This document shows, piece by piece, positions 9,838 through 17,565 of a stretch of DNA of 38,620 nt. Each line of letters opens with the position of its first letter. The stretch's first letter is position 1. The notes beneath the pieces were generated by a model. The model did no database searches and was not told where the DNA came from. It saw only the letters and a list, made by a program, of their open reading frames with translations. The position numbers and the translations under genes are program-made. Origin of the DNA: an uncultured Candidatus Saccharibacteria bacterium (GTDB taxonomy: Bacteria; Patescibacteriota; Minisyncoccia; Phycocordibacterales; UBA1006); the NCBI GenBank assembly GCA_964601935.1, contig CAZROP010000002.1, positions 73,299 through 111,918 of the forward strand, read 5' to 3'.

Positions 9838-11484
9838 ATGGCAAAAAAAATGATATTCGGAGACGAGGCTCGTGCAGCAATGAAGCAGGGTATTGATCAA
9901 GTTGCGCAGGCGGTACGTATTACTATGGGTCCGCGTGGACGTAATGTTGCGTTCGATCGTGGTTTTGGAGGGCCGACTATTACCAATGATGGAGTATCCA
10001 TAGCAAAAGAAATCGTACTGGCAGATAAATTCGAAAACATGGGTGCAGAAATACTGAAAGAAGTTGCGGACAAAATGAACAAGGCTGCGGGGGATGGCAC
10101 GACTACAGCAACAGTATTAGCGCACGCTATGATTACTGAAGGTATGAAATACATGCGCAGCGGCATGGAGGTCATGACTATAAAGCGTGGAATTGACGCA
10201 GCAACGCAGGAAATTATGAACGCTCTTAAAACCAGTGCTAAAAGTATTAGCACCAGTGAAGAAACCAAACAGGTAGCAACCGTGTCGGTAGAAAATGAGG
10301 GTTTGGGGATTGTAATCGCTGAAACAATCGAAAAAGTAGGAGCAAATGGCGTGGTCACTGTCGAAGAGGCGAGTGGTTTCGATATTACTAGTGAAGTGGT
10401 AGAGGGTCTATCGTTCGATCGCGGGTATGCATCACCCTACATGGTGACTGATGTAGATCGTCAGGAGGCTGTGTTTGAAAATCCTTATATCCTGGTAACC
10501 GATAAAAAGGTAGATAGTATAAAGGATATTGTGCCACTATTAGAGGCGATGTTAAAAACAGGAAAAAAAGATCTCGTGATTATTGCTGATGACTTTTCGG
10601 GGGATACGTTGCCTACCTTTGTTATCAACAAACTACGCGGCGTGTTCAATGTGCTCGCTATCAAGGCTCCAGGGTTCGGTGATAGAAAAAAAGAACAGCT
10701 GGGAGATATAGCTGCGGTAGTAGGCGCTACCTTGATCACTGACGACGCGGTTGCTATGAAATGGGAAGAATTAACACCTGATGTATTCGGTGGTGCCCGC
10801 AAAGTAATCGCAAGTAAAGACAAGACCGTAATTGTGGATGGTAAGGGGGCAAAAATTGATATTGATGCACGCATTGCTCAGCTGAAGTCTCAGGCTGCTA
10901 GTACAAAGTCAGGATATGATAAGGAAAAAATAGATGAGCGCATAGCAAAACTATCAGGGGGAGTTGCAATCATCCGCGTAGGTGCTGCCACTGAGACTGA
11001 GATGAAGTATCTAAAACTGAAAATAGAGGATGCCGTCAACGCAACAAAGGCTGCATTAGAGGAAGGAATCGTAGCGGGCGGAGGCAGCGCCCTGGTAATG
11101 GCGGCGCAAACTGTGGGGGAAAAATTCGAGAAGAGTAAGGATATAGGAGAGGAGCTCGCTATGGGGTATCGTATCGTGCTGAATGCGTGCCGTGCACCCT
11201 TGCAGCAGATTGCAGTGAACGCAGGGCATGGAGATGGCTCGGCTGTTGTTGCAAAGGTTTCAGAAATGGGCGCTAGCGCAGGGTTCAACGCAGGAACGAA
11301 TACGTACGTTGCTGATATGGTGGCAGAAGGCATCATTGATCCAGTAAAGGTCACGCGCAATGCGGTGTTCAATGCCGCGTCTGCCGCCGGCACCTTCCTG
11401 ACTACTGAGGTAGCGATCGCTGATATTCCAGAACCAAAGGATTCGGCTGCAGCTCATGGGGGCATGGGTGGGATGGATTACTAG
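9838..11484 (+). CDS. groEL: Chaperonin GroEL
   Basis: Contains AGDGTTTATVLA, the GroEL equatorial, intermediate and apical segments, and a C-terminal GGMGGM repeat. Confidence 0.98.
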   Translation: MAKKMIFGDEARAAMKQGIDQVAQAVRITMGPRGRNVAFDRGFGGPTITNDGVSIAKEIVLADKFENMGAEILKEVADKMNKAAGDGTTTATVLAHAMITEGMKYMRSGMEVMTIKRGIDAATQEIMNALKTSAKSISTSEETKQVATVSVENEGLGIVIAETIEKVGANGVVTVEEASGFDITSEVVEGLSFDRGYASPYMVTDVDRQEAVFENPYILVTDKKVDSIKDIVPLLEAMLKTGKKDLVIIADDFSGDTLPTFVINKLRGVFNVLAIKAPGFGDRKKEQLGDIAAVVGATLITDDAVAMKWEELTPDVFGGARKVIASKDKTVIVDGKGAKIDIDARIAQLKSQAASTKSGYDKEKIDERIAKLSGGVAIIRVGAATETEMKYLKLKIEDAVNATKAALEEGIVAGGGSALVMAAQTVGEKFEKSKDIGEELAMGYRIVLNACRAPLQQIAVNAGHGDGSAVVAKVSEMGASAGFNAGTNTYVADMVAEGIIDPVKVTRNAVFNAASAAGTFLTTEVAIADIPEPKDSAAAHGGMGGMDY

Positions 11485-11503
11485 TGAAAGCTTCTAGATA
11501 ACT

Positions 11504-11535
11504 AAACAAAAACAGCCTTCAGGCTGTTTTTGTTT
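11504..11535. terminator. Bidirectional intrinsic terminator after groEL
   Basis: AAACAAAAACAGCCT / AGGCTGTTTTTGTTT form a perfect 15-nt inverted repeat, with an A-run on one side and a T-run on the other. Confidence 0.85.
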
Positions 11536-11554
11536 AGAGTAAAGTGCAGCGTAC

Positions 11555-11582
11555 TTGACAGTAACAGTATATATGCTATTAT
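11555..11582 (+). promoter_or_regulatory. Near-consensus sigma-70-type promoter: TTGACA, 16 nt, TGcTATTAT
   Basis: TTGACA lies at 11555-11560 and the extended -10 element TGCTATTAT at 11574-11582. Confidence 0.65.
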
Positions 11583-11589
11583 ATTATTA

Positions 11590-11815
11590 ATTACAAAAAT
11601 CTTGCTATCTATGAAAAAGAGGAGCACGCGGTAGGTGTACCGCTCGCAGAAACAGAGACTGACTCTATCTTCCCAGCCTAACACAAATAAAATATAAGGG
11701 ACAAGCCTGTTAAGGGCTAGAATGGGAAGTAACCGCCTGCGTACAATGCGGAGAGACCCTAGAGGTTCAATTGTACATTTAAATAAAAGGAGCACCTTTC
11801 GAGGTCTCCTTTTTT
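11590..11815 (+). ncRNA. Candidate structured non-coding RNA or long regulatory leader of unknown family
   Basis: The region is bounded by the promoter at 11555-11582 and the terminator at 11786-11815. The only sense ORF is 7 codons (ATG at 11611). Several helices can be drawn: CTTCCCAGCC 11669-11678 with GGC..TGGGAAG 11715-11729; GTACAAT 11741-11747 with ATTGTAC 11770-11776; and GCGG 11628-11631 with CCGC 11640-11643. Confidence 0.4.
11786..11815 (+). terminator. Intrinsic terminator
   Basis: AAAGGAG(C)ACC - TTTCGA - GGTCTCCTTT forms a stem with one bulge, followed by a T-run (TTTTTT). Confidence 0.75.
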
Positions 11816-11823
11816 GTCTTTTC

Positions 11824-11832
11824 TGGTATAAT
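11824..11832 (+). promoter_or_regulatory. Extended -10 element TGGTATAAT, 8 nt upstream of the lemA ATG
   Basis: Exact TGnTATAAT match. No Shine-Dalgarno sequence is present. Confidence 0.5.
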
Positions 11833-11840
11833 TACAATAT

Positions 11841-12476
11841 ATGAAACCAAATCAATCATCTTTTTTCTCCGGAATTTGTCGTTCGCTTATCTGGATCGGG
11901 GTTATTATTGTACTCGTGCTCTGGGCTGCCGGATCCTACAACGGGCTGGTTCGCGCACGTCAGGGTGTTGATACTGCATGGGGTCAGGTAGAAACTGATT
12001 ATCAGCGGCGTAGTGATTTGGTGGGGCAATTGGTATCAACTGTCCAGGGTGTAGCAAATTTCGAAAAGGCGACACTGGAATCTGTCACACAGGCACGTGC
12101 GCAGGCGACATCTATTACTGTAGATGCTAATGATGCAGAATCACTGAAACGTTTCCAGGATGCACAGGGTCAGTTGCAGGGATCATTATCACGTTTGTTA
12201 GCGGTTAGTGAAAACTATCCTCAGCTGCGCGCTACCGAGGCATTCATTACACTGCAGTCCCAGATAGAGGGTACCGAAAACCGCATCGCAGTAGCTCGCA
12301 AAGATTACAATACTGCTGTCGGTGCATATAATATAAAGGTCAGTACGTTCCCGCGTATTATCATGGCAAAGTTATTTGGGTTCGACTCTCGCGCATTATT
12401 CGAATCTGTTGAGGGTGCTGATACTGCGCCTGTGATAGAATTTAGCGACTTTGGAGCAGGTGCAGCGGAGAATTAG
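11841..12476 (+). CDS. lemA: LemA family protein
   Basis: N-terminal transmembrane helix, then YNGLV..R..V...W.QVE..YQRR.DL...L...V......E..TL..V..AR and ENYPQL.A...F..LQ..LEGTENRI..AR..YN, which is the LemA signature. Confidence 0.9.
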   Translation: MKPNQSSFFSGICRSLIWIGVIIVLVLWAAGSYNGLVRARQGVDTAWGQVETDYQRRSDLVGQLVSTVQGVANFEKATLESVTQARAQATSITVDANDAESLKRFQDAQGQLQGSLSRLLAVSENYPQLRATEAFITLQSQIEGTENRIAVARKDYNTAVGAYNIKVSTFPRIIMAKLFGFDSRALFESVEGADTAPVIEFSDFGAGAAEN

Positions 12477-12625
12477 TTTATACTACTTATCTATCGCACA
12501 AAAGACCTTGTCCAGGGATACTAACAACATGCTCACTAATCCTCCTATGCTAAAGCTTTGGAGGATAAGTCGTTCGTTGTTGTAGATATATCTTTTGCCC
12601 TCTCCCGGGCGCCCGACTTTAGACT

Positions 12626-13528
12626 ATGTATCGTTATTTACTTATCATATTAGTTTATACCTTCAGTTCAACTGTTCTTGCTTTAGAATTGCCTACTCGT
12701 CCAACATCTTATGTGGCAGATACTGCTAATATGATTTCTGATGATATTGAGGATAGTCTGCGTGCCACATTGAATGCATTCGAAGCAGAAACACATCACG
12801 AACTAGTGGTTGTGACCGTGCCTGATCTTCAGGGCGACAGCATCGAGAATTATGCTAACGAACTATTTCGTAGTTGGGGCATCGGAAAGACGAAGGGAGA
12901 TAATGGCATTCTCTTTTTGATTTCTCGTGATGATAGAAAATTACGTATCGAGGTTGGATATGGGTTAGAGGGCGCCCTCACTGATGCGGAATCCTCACGT
13001 ATTATTCGTAGTATTGTAACGCCCGCGTTCAAAGCGGAAGACTATGATAAGGGAATCGTAGAAGCTGTCAGTGCCATTCAATCAGAAATAAAAGGAGAAG
13101 TTGTAGACTACGAAAAAACAGGAGGCACTAATTGGGAGGCGTTACTCTACGGATTGTTTTTTGTATTCATGTTTTTTGGGCCCATCTTATTCAAGATTTG
13201 CATGGTCGCATTCGGCAAATCTCCGCGTTGGACAATGGGTGGAATTGTGGGAGGTGGCGCTACAGGGATTATTCTGGCGTTGCTCGGTAGTGCTGTTGTA
13301 TCGATTGTGTCATGGGGAATCGTTGCTACTGGTGTAGGCTTACTCATCGACTATGTATTCTCTCGTAATTATGAACGCTGGAATAAAAAGTCGAGCAGCG
13401 ATACAGATTACTGGCATTGGGGCGGTAGTGGAGGTTATGGAGGCTGGGGATCGACTTTGGGCGGATCATCCTGGGGTGGTTTTGGAGGAGGCTCATCAGG
13501 TGGTGGTGGGAGCAGTGGTTCGTGGTAA
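12626..13528 (+). CDS. TPM-domain (YgcG-like) membrane protein with a Gly/Ser-rich tail
   Basis: Signal-like N-terminus and a TPM phosphatase-fold region (HELVVVTVPDL...GILFLISRDDRKLRIEVGYGLEG), followed by transmembrane helices and a GGSGGYGGWGS...GGGSSGSW tail. This is the classic neighbour of lemA. Confidence 0.85.
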   Translation: MYRYLLIILVYTFSSTVLALELPTRPTSYVADTANMISDDIEDSLRATLNAFEAETHHELVVVTVPDLQGDSIENYANELFRSWGIGKTKGDNGILFLISRDDRKLRIEVGYGLEGALTDAESSRIIRSIVTPAFKAEDYDKGIVEAVSAIQSEIKGEVVDYEKTGGTNWEALLYGLFFVFMFFGPILFKICMVAFGKSPRWTMGGIVGGGATGIILALLGSAVVSIVSWGIVATGVGLLIDYVFSRNYERWNKKSSSDTDYWHWGGSGGYGGWGSTLGGSSWGGFGGGSSGGGGSSGSW

Positions 13529-13543
13529 AGCCTATACAGGGTA

Positions 13544-13552
13544 TGCTATACT
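13544..13552 (+). promoter_or_regulatory. Extended -10 element TGCTATACT, 9 nt upstream of the helicase ATG
   Basis: Matches TGnTAnnnT. No Shine-Dalgarno sequence is present. Confidence 0.5.
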
Positions 13553-13561
13553 AGCGTCACT

Positions 13562-15253
13562 ATGACCCAGCAAACTGCTCTCAACATTCTGAAAACAGGC
13601 TCCAGCGTGTTTCTAACAGGAGAGCCTGGTGCAGGAAAGTCCTATACAGTAAGATCTTTCGTTGATTACCTACGGGATCATGGCGTGGATCCAGTTATTA
13701 CTGCTTCTACGGGTATTGCAGCTACACATATCGGTGGCGTCACTATTCATGCCTGGTCAGGTTTGGGTATTCGCAGCCACTTGTCAGCATACGACCTGGA
13801 AATCATCGCTCAGCAGGAGTACCTGGTAAAGCGTATCACCAAAGCGTCAACGGTAATTATTGATGAGGTTTCCATGATTGATAGTCGTGTGCTCGGTATG
13901 GTGGATCAGATTATGCGATTTATACGCCGTAACGACAGTCCGTTCGGTGGTGTGCAGATGGTATTCGTGGGGGACTTTTTCCAGCTACCTCCTATTATTC
14001 GTCGTGATCCGGGTAGCGATGAAGACTACGAAACATCACGTTTCGCTTGTAGCGCACCATGCTGGAAAGAATTATCGCCCATTGTATGCTATCTGACAGA
14101 ACAACACCGACAGGAGGACGAAGACTTTCTAGGAGTGTTATCAGGAATACGCAATCAGATGTTTGATAATAGTCATAGGGAATTACTGATGTCGCGAGTA
14201 GTTGGGATTGATGCCCTGCCTGCGCAGGCAACACAGCTGTATACACATAATGCGCGCGTTGACGAGATGAATGTCGCGCGCTTGGGGCGTATTACAGGTG
14301 ATGCGCGTGTATACAAGATGACAGGAGTAGGATCAAAGACAATGATAGAATCCCTGCAGCGCAACTGTTTGTCACCAGTTGAGCTAGCGCTCAAGCCTGG
14401 AGCTTCAGTGATGTTTACCAAAAACCTACCTCAATTGGGTGTTATGAACGGAACGCTGGGTGTAGTGCTGGAATATTCACGCAGTAGTGGATTTCCCGTG
14501 ATCAAAACTCTTTCAGGTGCTCTGGTAACCGCTGACCCTGTCGAATGGGCGATAGAAATTGATGGCAAGATAAAGGCACGTATCACACAGGTTCCATTGC
14601 GTCTGGCATGGGCAATAACCATTCATAAGTCTCAGGGAATGAGTTTGGATGCAGCAGTAATTGATTTATCGAATGCGTTCGAGTATGGTCAGGGATATGT
14701 AGCGCTGTCGCGTGTTCGTAAATTAGAAGGAGTATATTTACTGGGGCTGAATGACCAGTCTCTGCAGGTACATCCGGACGTTGTCGGATATGATGAGTTA
14801 TTCAGAATTAATTCCGAAGAGGCAACAGAAACCTATGAATCCTTGCAACCGGAAGTATTGCAGATGATACATGATAAATTTATTACCGCTTGCGGAGGTG
14901 AACTGGATACAGATAAGGTAAAAGAGAAAACCCAGAAGATAAACACTTACGATCAGACGCTAGCGCTAATACGTCAAGGTATGGACTGCCAAGGTATTGT
15001 AGAGGCACGTAGTATGACAATGGGTACGATATTAGGGCATATAGAAAAACTATTTGAGGACGGGAAAATAACAAAATCAGACTGCGAAACATTGTTCCAT
15101 TCTGATGAGCGAGTGGTTCCTGACGTGGTTGTTCGTGCCTTTGAAAAATTGGGATCAGAAAAGCTAGCACCAGTATTTACGTCATTGCATGGAAAGTATT
15201 CTTACGATGATCTGAAAAGGATGAAGGTATTGATTGTCCTGGCGGGGAAGTAG
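13562..15253 (+). CDS. Pif1/RecD-like superfamily-1 DNA helicase with a C-terminal helix-turn-helix-type domain
   Basis: Walker A GEPGAGKS, Walker B IIDEVSMID, the FVGDFFQLPP motif, and the late motif TIHKSQGMSLD. The C-terminal ~110 aa resemble the helical domain often fused to bacterial Pif1-like helicases. Confidence 0.85.
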   Translation: MTQQTALNILKTGSSVFLTGEPGAGKSYTVRSFVDYLRDHGVDPVITASTGIAATHIGGVTIHAWSGLGIRSHLSAYDLEIIAQQEYLVKRITKASTVIIDEVSMIDSRVLGMVDQIMRFIRRNDSPFGGVQMVFVGDFFQLPPIIRRDPGSDEDYETSRFACSAPCWKELSPIVCYLTEQHRQEDEDFLGVLSGIRNQMFDNSHRELLMSRVVGIDALPAQATQLYTHNARVDEMNVARLGRITGDARVYKMTGVGSKTMIESLQRNCLSPVELALKPGASVMFTKNLPQLGVMNGTLGVVLEYSRSSGFPVIKTLSGALVTADPVEWAIEIDGKIKARITQVPLRLAWAITIHKSQGMSLDAAVIDLSNAFEYGQGYVALSRVRKLEGVYLLGLNDQSLQVHPDVVGYDELFRINSEEATETYESLQPEVLQMIHDKFITACGGELDTDKVKEKTQKINTYDQTLALIRQGMDCQGIVEARSMTMGTILGHIEKLFEDGKITKSDCETLFHSDERVVPDVVVRAFEKLGSEKLAPVFTSLHGKYSYDDLKRMKVLIVLAGK

Positions 15254-15270
15254 GGGTTAGCCGGTTTCAT

Positions 15271-15888
15271 TTATGCGTCTCTTCTGATGGTGATTCTCAT
15301 TTGGTGCCCCATCAGTTCTTTCCCGTTGATACCCTTGAACATTACTGGTCCGTAGACATACTTTTCTAGTAGAGTGCAGCTGGGCAGATTCGTGTACAGT
15401 TTTTCTATTGTAGATTGTTCGTGATTCGCTAGTGATGCAGGACCTTGTTCATTCTGTTCTAGGCACCATTCCGCCGTGAATATTCCACCAATATTAAGAG
15501 ATTCTATAATGTTGGAGATCATTCTGGGTAATAAGTGCTCAAGCGCAAATGTGATCGACTTCCCATATACAAAATCATACGTATTTTGGGGAAATTCATA
15601 GGATCCAAATAACATATTGTGCTTAGTCAGTTTGGGTGACTCATAAAATCCATCAAGTAATAATGGGCTGCGATCAATATTGTCAACATGACTAAATTTC
15701 GCCTCCTCAATTAAATAGCGTGAATTAATACAACAGGCATCTCCTAATATGCAAGCATTTTGTCGGTTCTCTGTTGGGAGAAACCCTAAGCCTACTATCA
15801 TTGATGAGTGAGGGGGCAAATTTCGCTCCGCCTGTATGGCCTTTGCCCACATACCACCAACCTCGATAGAAGGGGAAGACTTTGTCAT
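15271..15888 (-). CDS. Hypothetical cytoplasmic protein with weak resemblance to class I SAM-dependent methyltransferases
   Basis: The segment YDFVYGKSITFALEHL...IIESLNIGGIFTAEW resembles methyltransferase motifs II/III, but the glycine-rich motif I is degenerate. A 3-nt gap separates it from the dsbB-like gene. Confidence 0.35.
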   Translation of the reverse strand: MTKSSPSIEVGGMWAKAIQAERNLPPHSSMIVGLGFLPTENRQNACILGDACCINSRYLIEEAKFSHVDNIDRSPLLLDGFYESPKLTKHNMLFGSYEFPQNTYDFVYGKSITFALEHLLPRMISNIIESLNIGGIFTAEWCLEQNEQGPASLANHEQSTIEKLYTNLPSCTLLEKYVYGPVMFKGINGKELMGHQMRITIRRDA

Positions 15889-15891
15889 ACA

Positions 15892-16440
15892 CTACTGACT
15901 GTTACCAGTTGTTCTTTCTATAATTCGCAAGAGTAAAAATAACGAAATAAACCCAAGTCCAGCCATCAGTGGCATAGTCATAAATCCCCAGACAATAACA
16001 TCAATTCCATCACAGGATACTGATTGACCAACTGCGCCACATACCGCTGATGTAGAGGTGAGACCCCATTGGGATGTGTAGTGGTAGATAGAGAATGCTA
16101 GGCCGGCCGGCGCTAGCCATTTGATAGCACTCAATACATAATTCCTGCCGGCCTTGTTAGGCGCAAGACTGGTCCCGATAGCCATGAGCGCCATAGGCCA
16201 CATAAATATGCGTTGATAATAGCACATGCTACAGGCAGGAAATCCAAAGTAATACTGATAGACAAGTGGTCCTGCAATAACAAAGAAACTTGCTGCCAGG
16301 AGTACTATGTTTAGGGTGTTGTATCGGCCTATAGATCTTAGGCGCGGTATACATGACGCTGCAATAGAATAGATCAAGACAACTATCGCACCAGCTGCAA
16401 AAATGTGGTTTACTAGGTCCAGCTGACTACTTATTGTCAT
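15892..16440 (-). CDS. dsbB: Disulfide bond formation protein B family (DsbB/BdbC-like) membrane oxidoreductase
   Basis: Four transmembrane helices, a first-loop CxxC with the downstream QR (PACSMCYYQRIFMWPM), and a second cysteine pair in the later loop (SAVCGAVGQSVSC). Confidence 0.75.
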   Translation of the reverse strand: MTISSQLDLVNHIFAAGAIVVLIYSIAASCIPRLRSIGRYNTLNIVLLAASFFVIAGPLVYQYYFGFPACSMCYYQRIFMWPMALMAIGTSLAPNKAGRNYVLSAIKWLAPAGLAFSIYHYTSQWGLTSTSAVCGAVGQSVSCDGIDVIVWGFMTMPLMAGLGFISLFLLLRIIERTTGNSQ

Positions 16441-16918
16441 ATGTGCAGCCGGATAGTTCTGCTAATTTTTCAAGTGTTATCTCACCAGTATGCATGATGC
16501 CTTTTATATTCCAGGTAGGGTAGCTGGCTACTTCTGCAACTACGCATGCTTCTGTTTGGGTTGGTTCCCAGGCATCCAATGTTCCAGCAGCTTTTGCAGC
16601 ATCTAGTTGCTTTGTATATCCGCCAATATAGATGCCGGCCTTGTACTGTTCCAGGACTTGCTGTGCAATGTTGTCAACTTCTGTCGGATATATAGCGCAT
16701 TCTACATACGGTAGTTCACGGGTCGCACGACTACCAAATGCCAGTTTTTGATTCTGACAATGTGGGCACCAGTATGCTCCATAAAATTTTGTACCTTTGG
16801 TCGCTAGACATTGTGCCAGAGCGACGCGCGGGGATGGTTCGCTAGAGCGGTTGCTGTAGATTACAACTCCAACGACAACAAGAGCGATAATGACGAGTGA
16901 GATGATGAGTTTTTTCAT
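16427..16918 (-). CDS. Membrane-anchored thioredoxin-fold protein (DsbA-like partner; the type found fused to bacterial VKOR homologues)
   Basis: N-terminal anchor, YGAYWCPHCQNQKLAFG active site, and a later YVEC...C...SYPTWNIKG motif. Its stop overlaps the dsbB-like start by 14 nt. Confidence 0.75.
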   Translation of the reverse strand: MKKLIISLVIIALVVVGVVIYSNRSSEPSPRVALAQCLATKGTKFYGAYWCPHCQNQKLAFGSRATRELPYVECAIYPTEVDNIAQQVLEQYKAGIYIGGYTKQLDAAKAAGTLDAWEPTQTEACVVAEVASYPTWNIKGIMHTGEITLEKLAELSGCTYDNK

Positions 16919-16924
16919 ATACTT

Positions 16925-17512
16925 TTAGTATACACGCTCCGACAGGGTCTGTGAAGCACTGGGGTTGTCAGGTACTACTTCTGGCTTGAATTCATCTATT
17001 TGGCGTGCTATGCGTATAATAGAAATCAAAATAATAATGGTACCAATGCTGCTTATTTCTGCGCCTCTGAATGGTAAAGAGGTCAAAAGTGCACCCAAGG
17101 TAGCGCCAAAGAGATTGGTTAAAAAGGTAAAACCGCATCCAATACATCCTCCACCCAGTATTGCTGCCAGGCTGCCCCATGTTCCTGATCCGTGGAGCTT
17201 AAGAGATGTCGCAATAGATACCCCTTGTTGTATATAGGTTCTGTTATAAATAACAAAACACATAACCCAAAATCCGAAGAGGAGAGTATTGAGGGTATTG
17301 ATAATACCGCCGGGTAGCCAGTTGTAGGTGTACACTAGGAATGAGTTCCAAGTTTCCCAGTGCGTAAACACCTGCGGGGTACGTAGTGCATAATCTGATA
17401 GTAAGGGATAGATAGACAAAGTTGTCGTCAATATTGCAAACACTACCCATGCACCCACCATGTATAGCAGTACGCCGGGGTGTTGGTATATATGCTTGAA
17501 GACAGATTTCAT
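16925..17512 (-). CDS. Integral membrane protein of unknown family with an intramembrane CxxC (GGGCIGCG)
   Basis: About 4 hydrophobic helices, with the CIGC motif at the start of the third. It is the first gene of the operon, with a 6-nt gap to the thioredoxin-like gene. Confidence 0.5.
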   Translation of the reverse strand: MKSVFKHIYQHPGVLLYMVGAWVVFAILTTTLSIYPLLSDYALRTPQVFTHWETWNSFLVYTYNWLPGGIINTLNTLLFGFWVMCFVIYNRTYIQQGVSIATSLKLHGSGTWGSLAAILGGGCIGCGFTFLTNLFGATLGALLTSLPFRGAEISSIGTIIILISIIRIARQIDEFKPEVVPDNPSASQTLSERVY

Positions 17513-17521
17513 ATATACACA

Positions 17522-17530
17522 ACTATATCA
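17522..17530 (-). promoter_or_regulatory. Extended -10 element TGATATAGT (minus strand), 9 nt upstream of the ATG at 17512
   Basis: The reverse complement of 17522-17530 is TGATATAGT. Confidence 0.5.
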
Positions 17531-17551
17531 CGCCATTTCGAGTACCTGCCA

Positions 17552-17559
17552 TGTATAAT
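17552..17559 (+). promoter_or_regulatory. -10 element TGTATAAT, 6 nt upstream of the ATG at 17566
   Basis: The first ATG of the tracked ORF (17551) is part of this element (cATGTATAAT). For that reason I prefer the ATG at 17566 as the start. Confidence 0.5.
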
Positions 17560-17565
17560 GTGGAT

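Noticed and set aside
9897-11457. Long antisense ORFs opposite groEL (153, 129, 167 and 65 aa)
   Set aside because: These are typical shadow ORFs of a highly expressed Ala/Gly/Val-rich gene. Their products are Ser/Ala/Thr/Pro-rich nonsense.
11502-11795. 97-codon minus-strand ORF in the groEL-lemA spacer
   Set aside because: It spans the bidirectional groEL terminator and runs antisense through the promoter and terminator of the candidate RNA unit. Its composition is odd and low-complexity (Leu/Ile/Phe/Arg-rich), and it has no recognisable motif or start context.
17551-17565. ATG 17551 as the start of the coupling-protein-like gene
   Set aside because: That ATG is embedded in the -10 element cATGTATAAT. 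The in-frame ATG at 17566 lies at the expected leaderless distance. This remains unproven.
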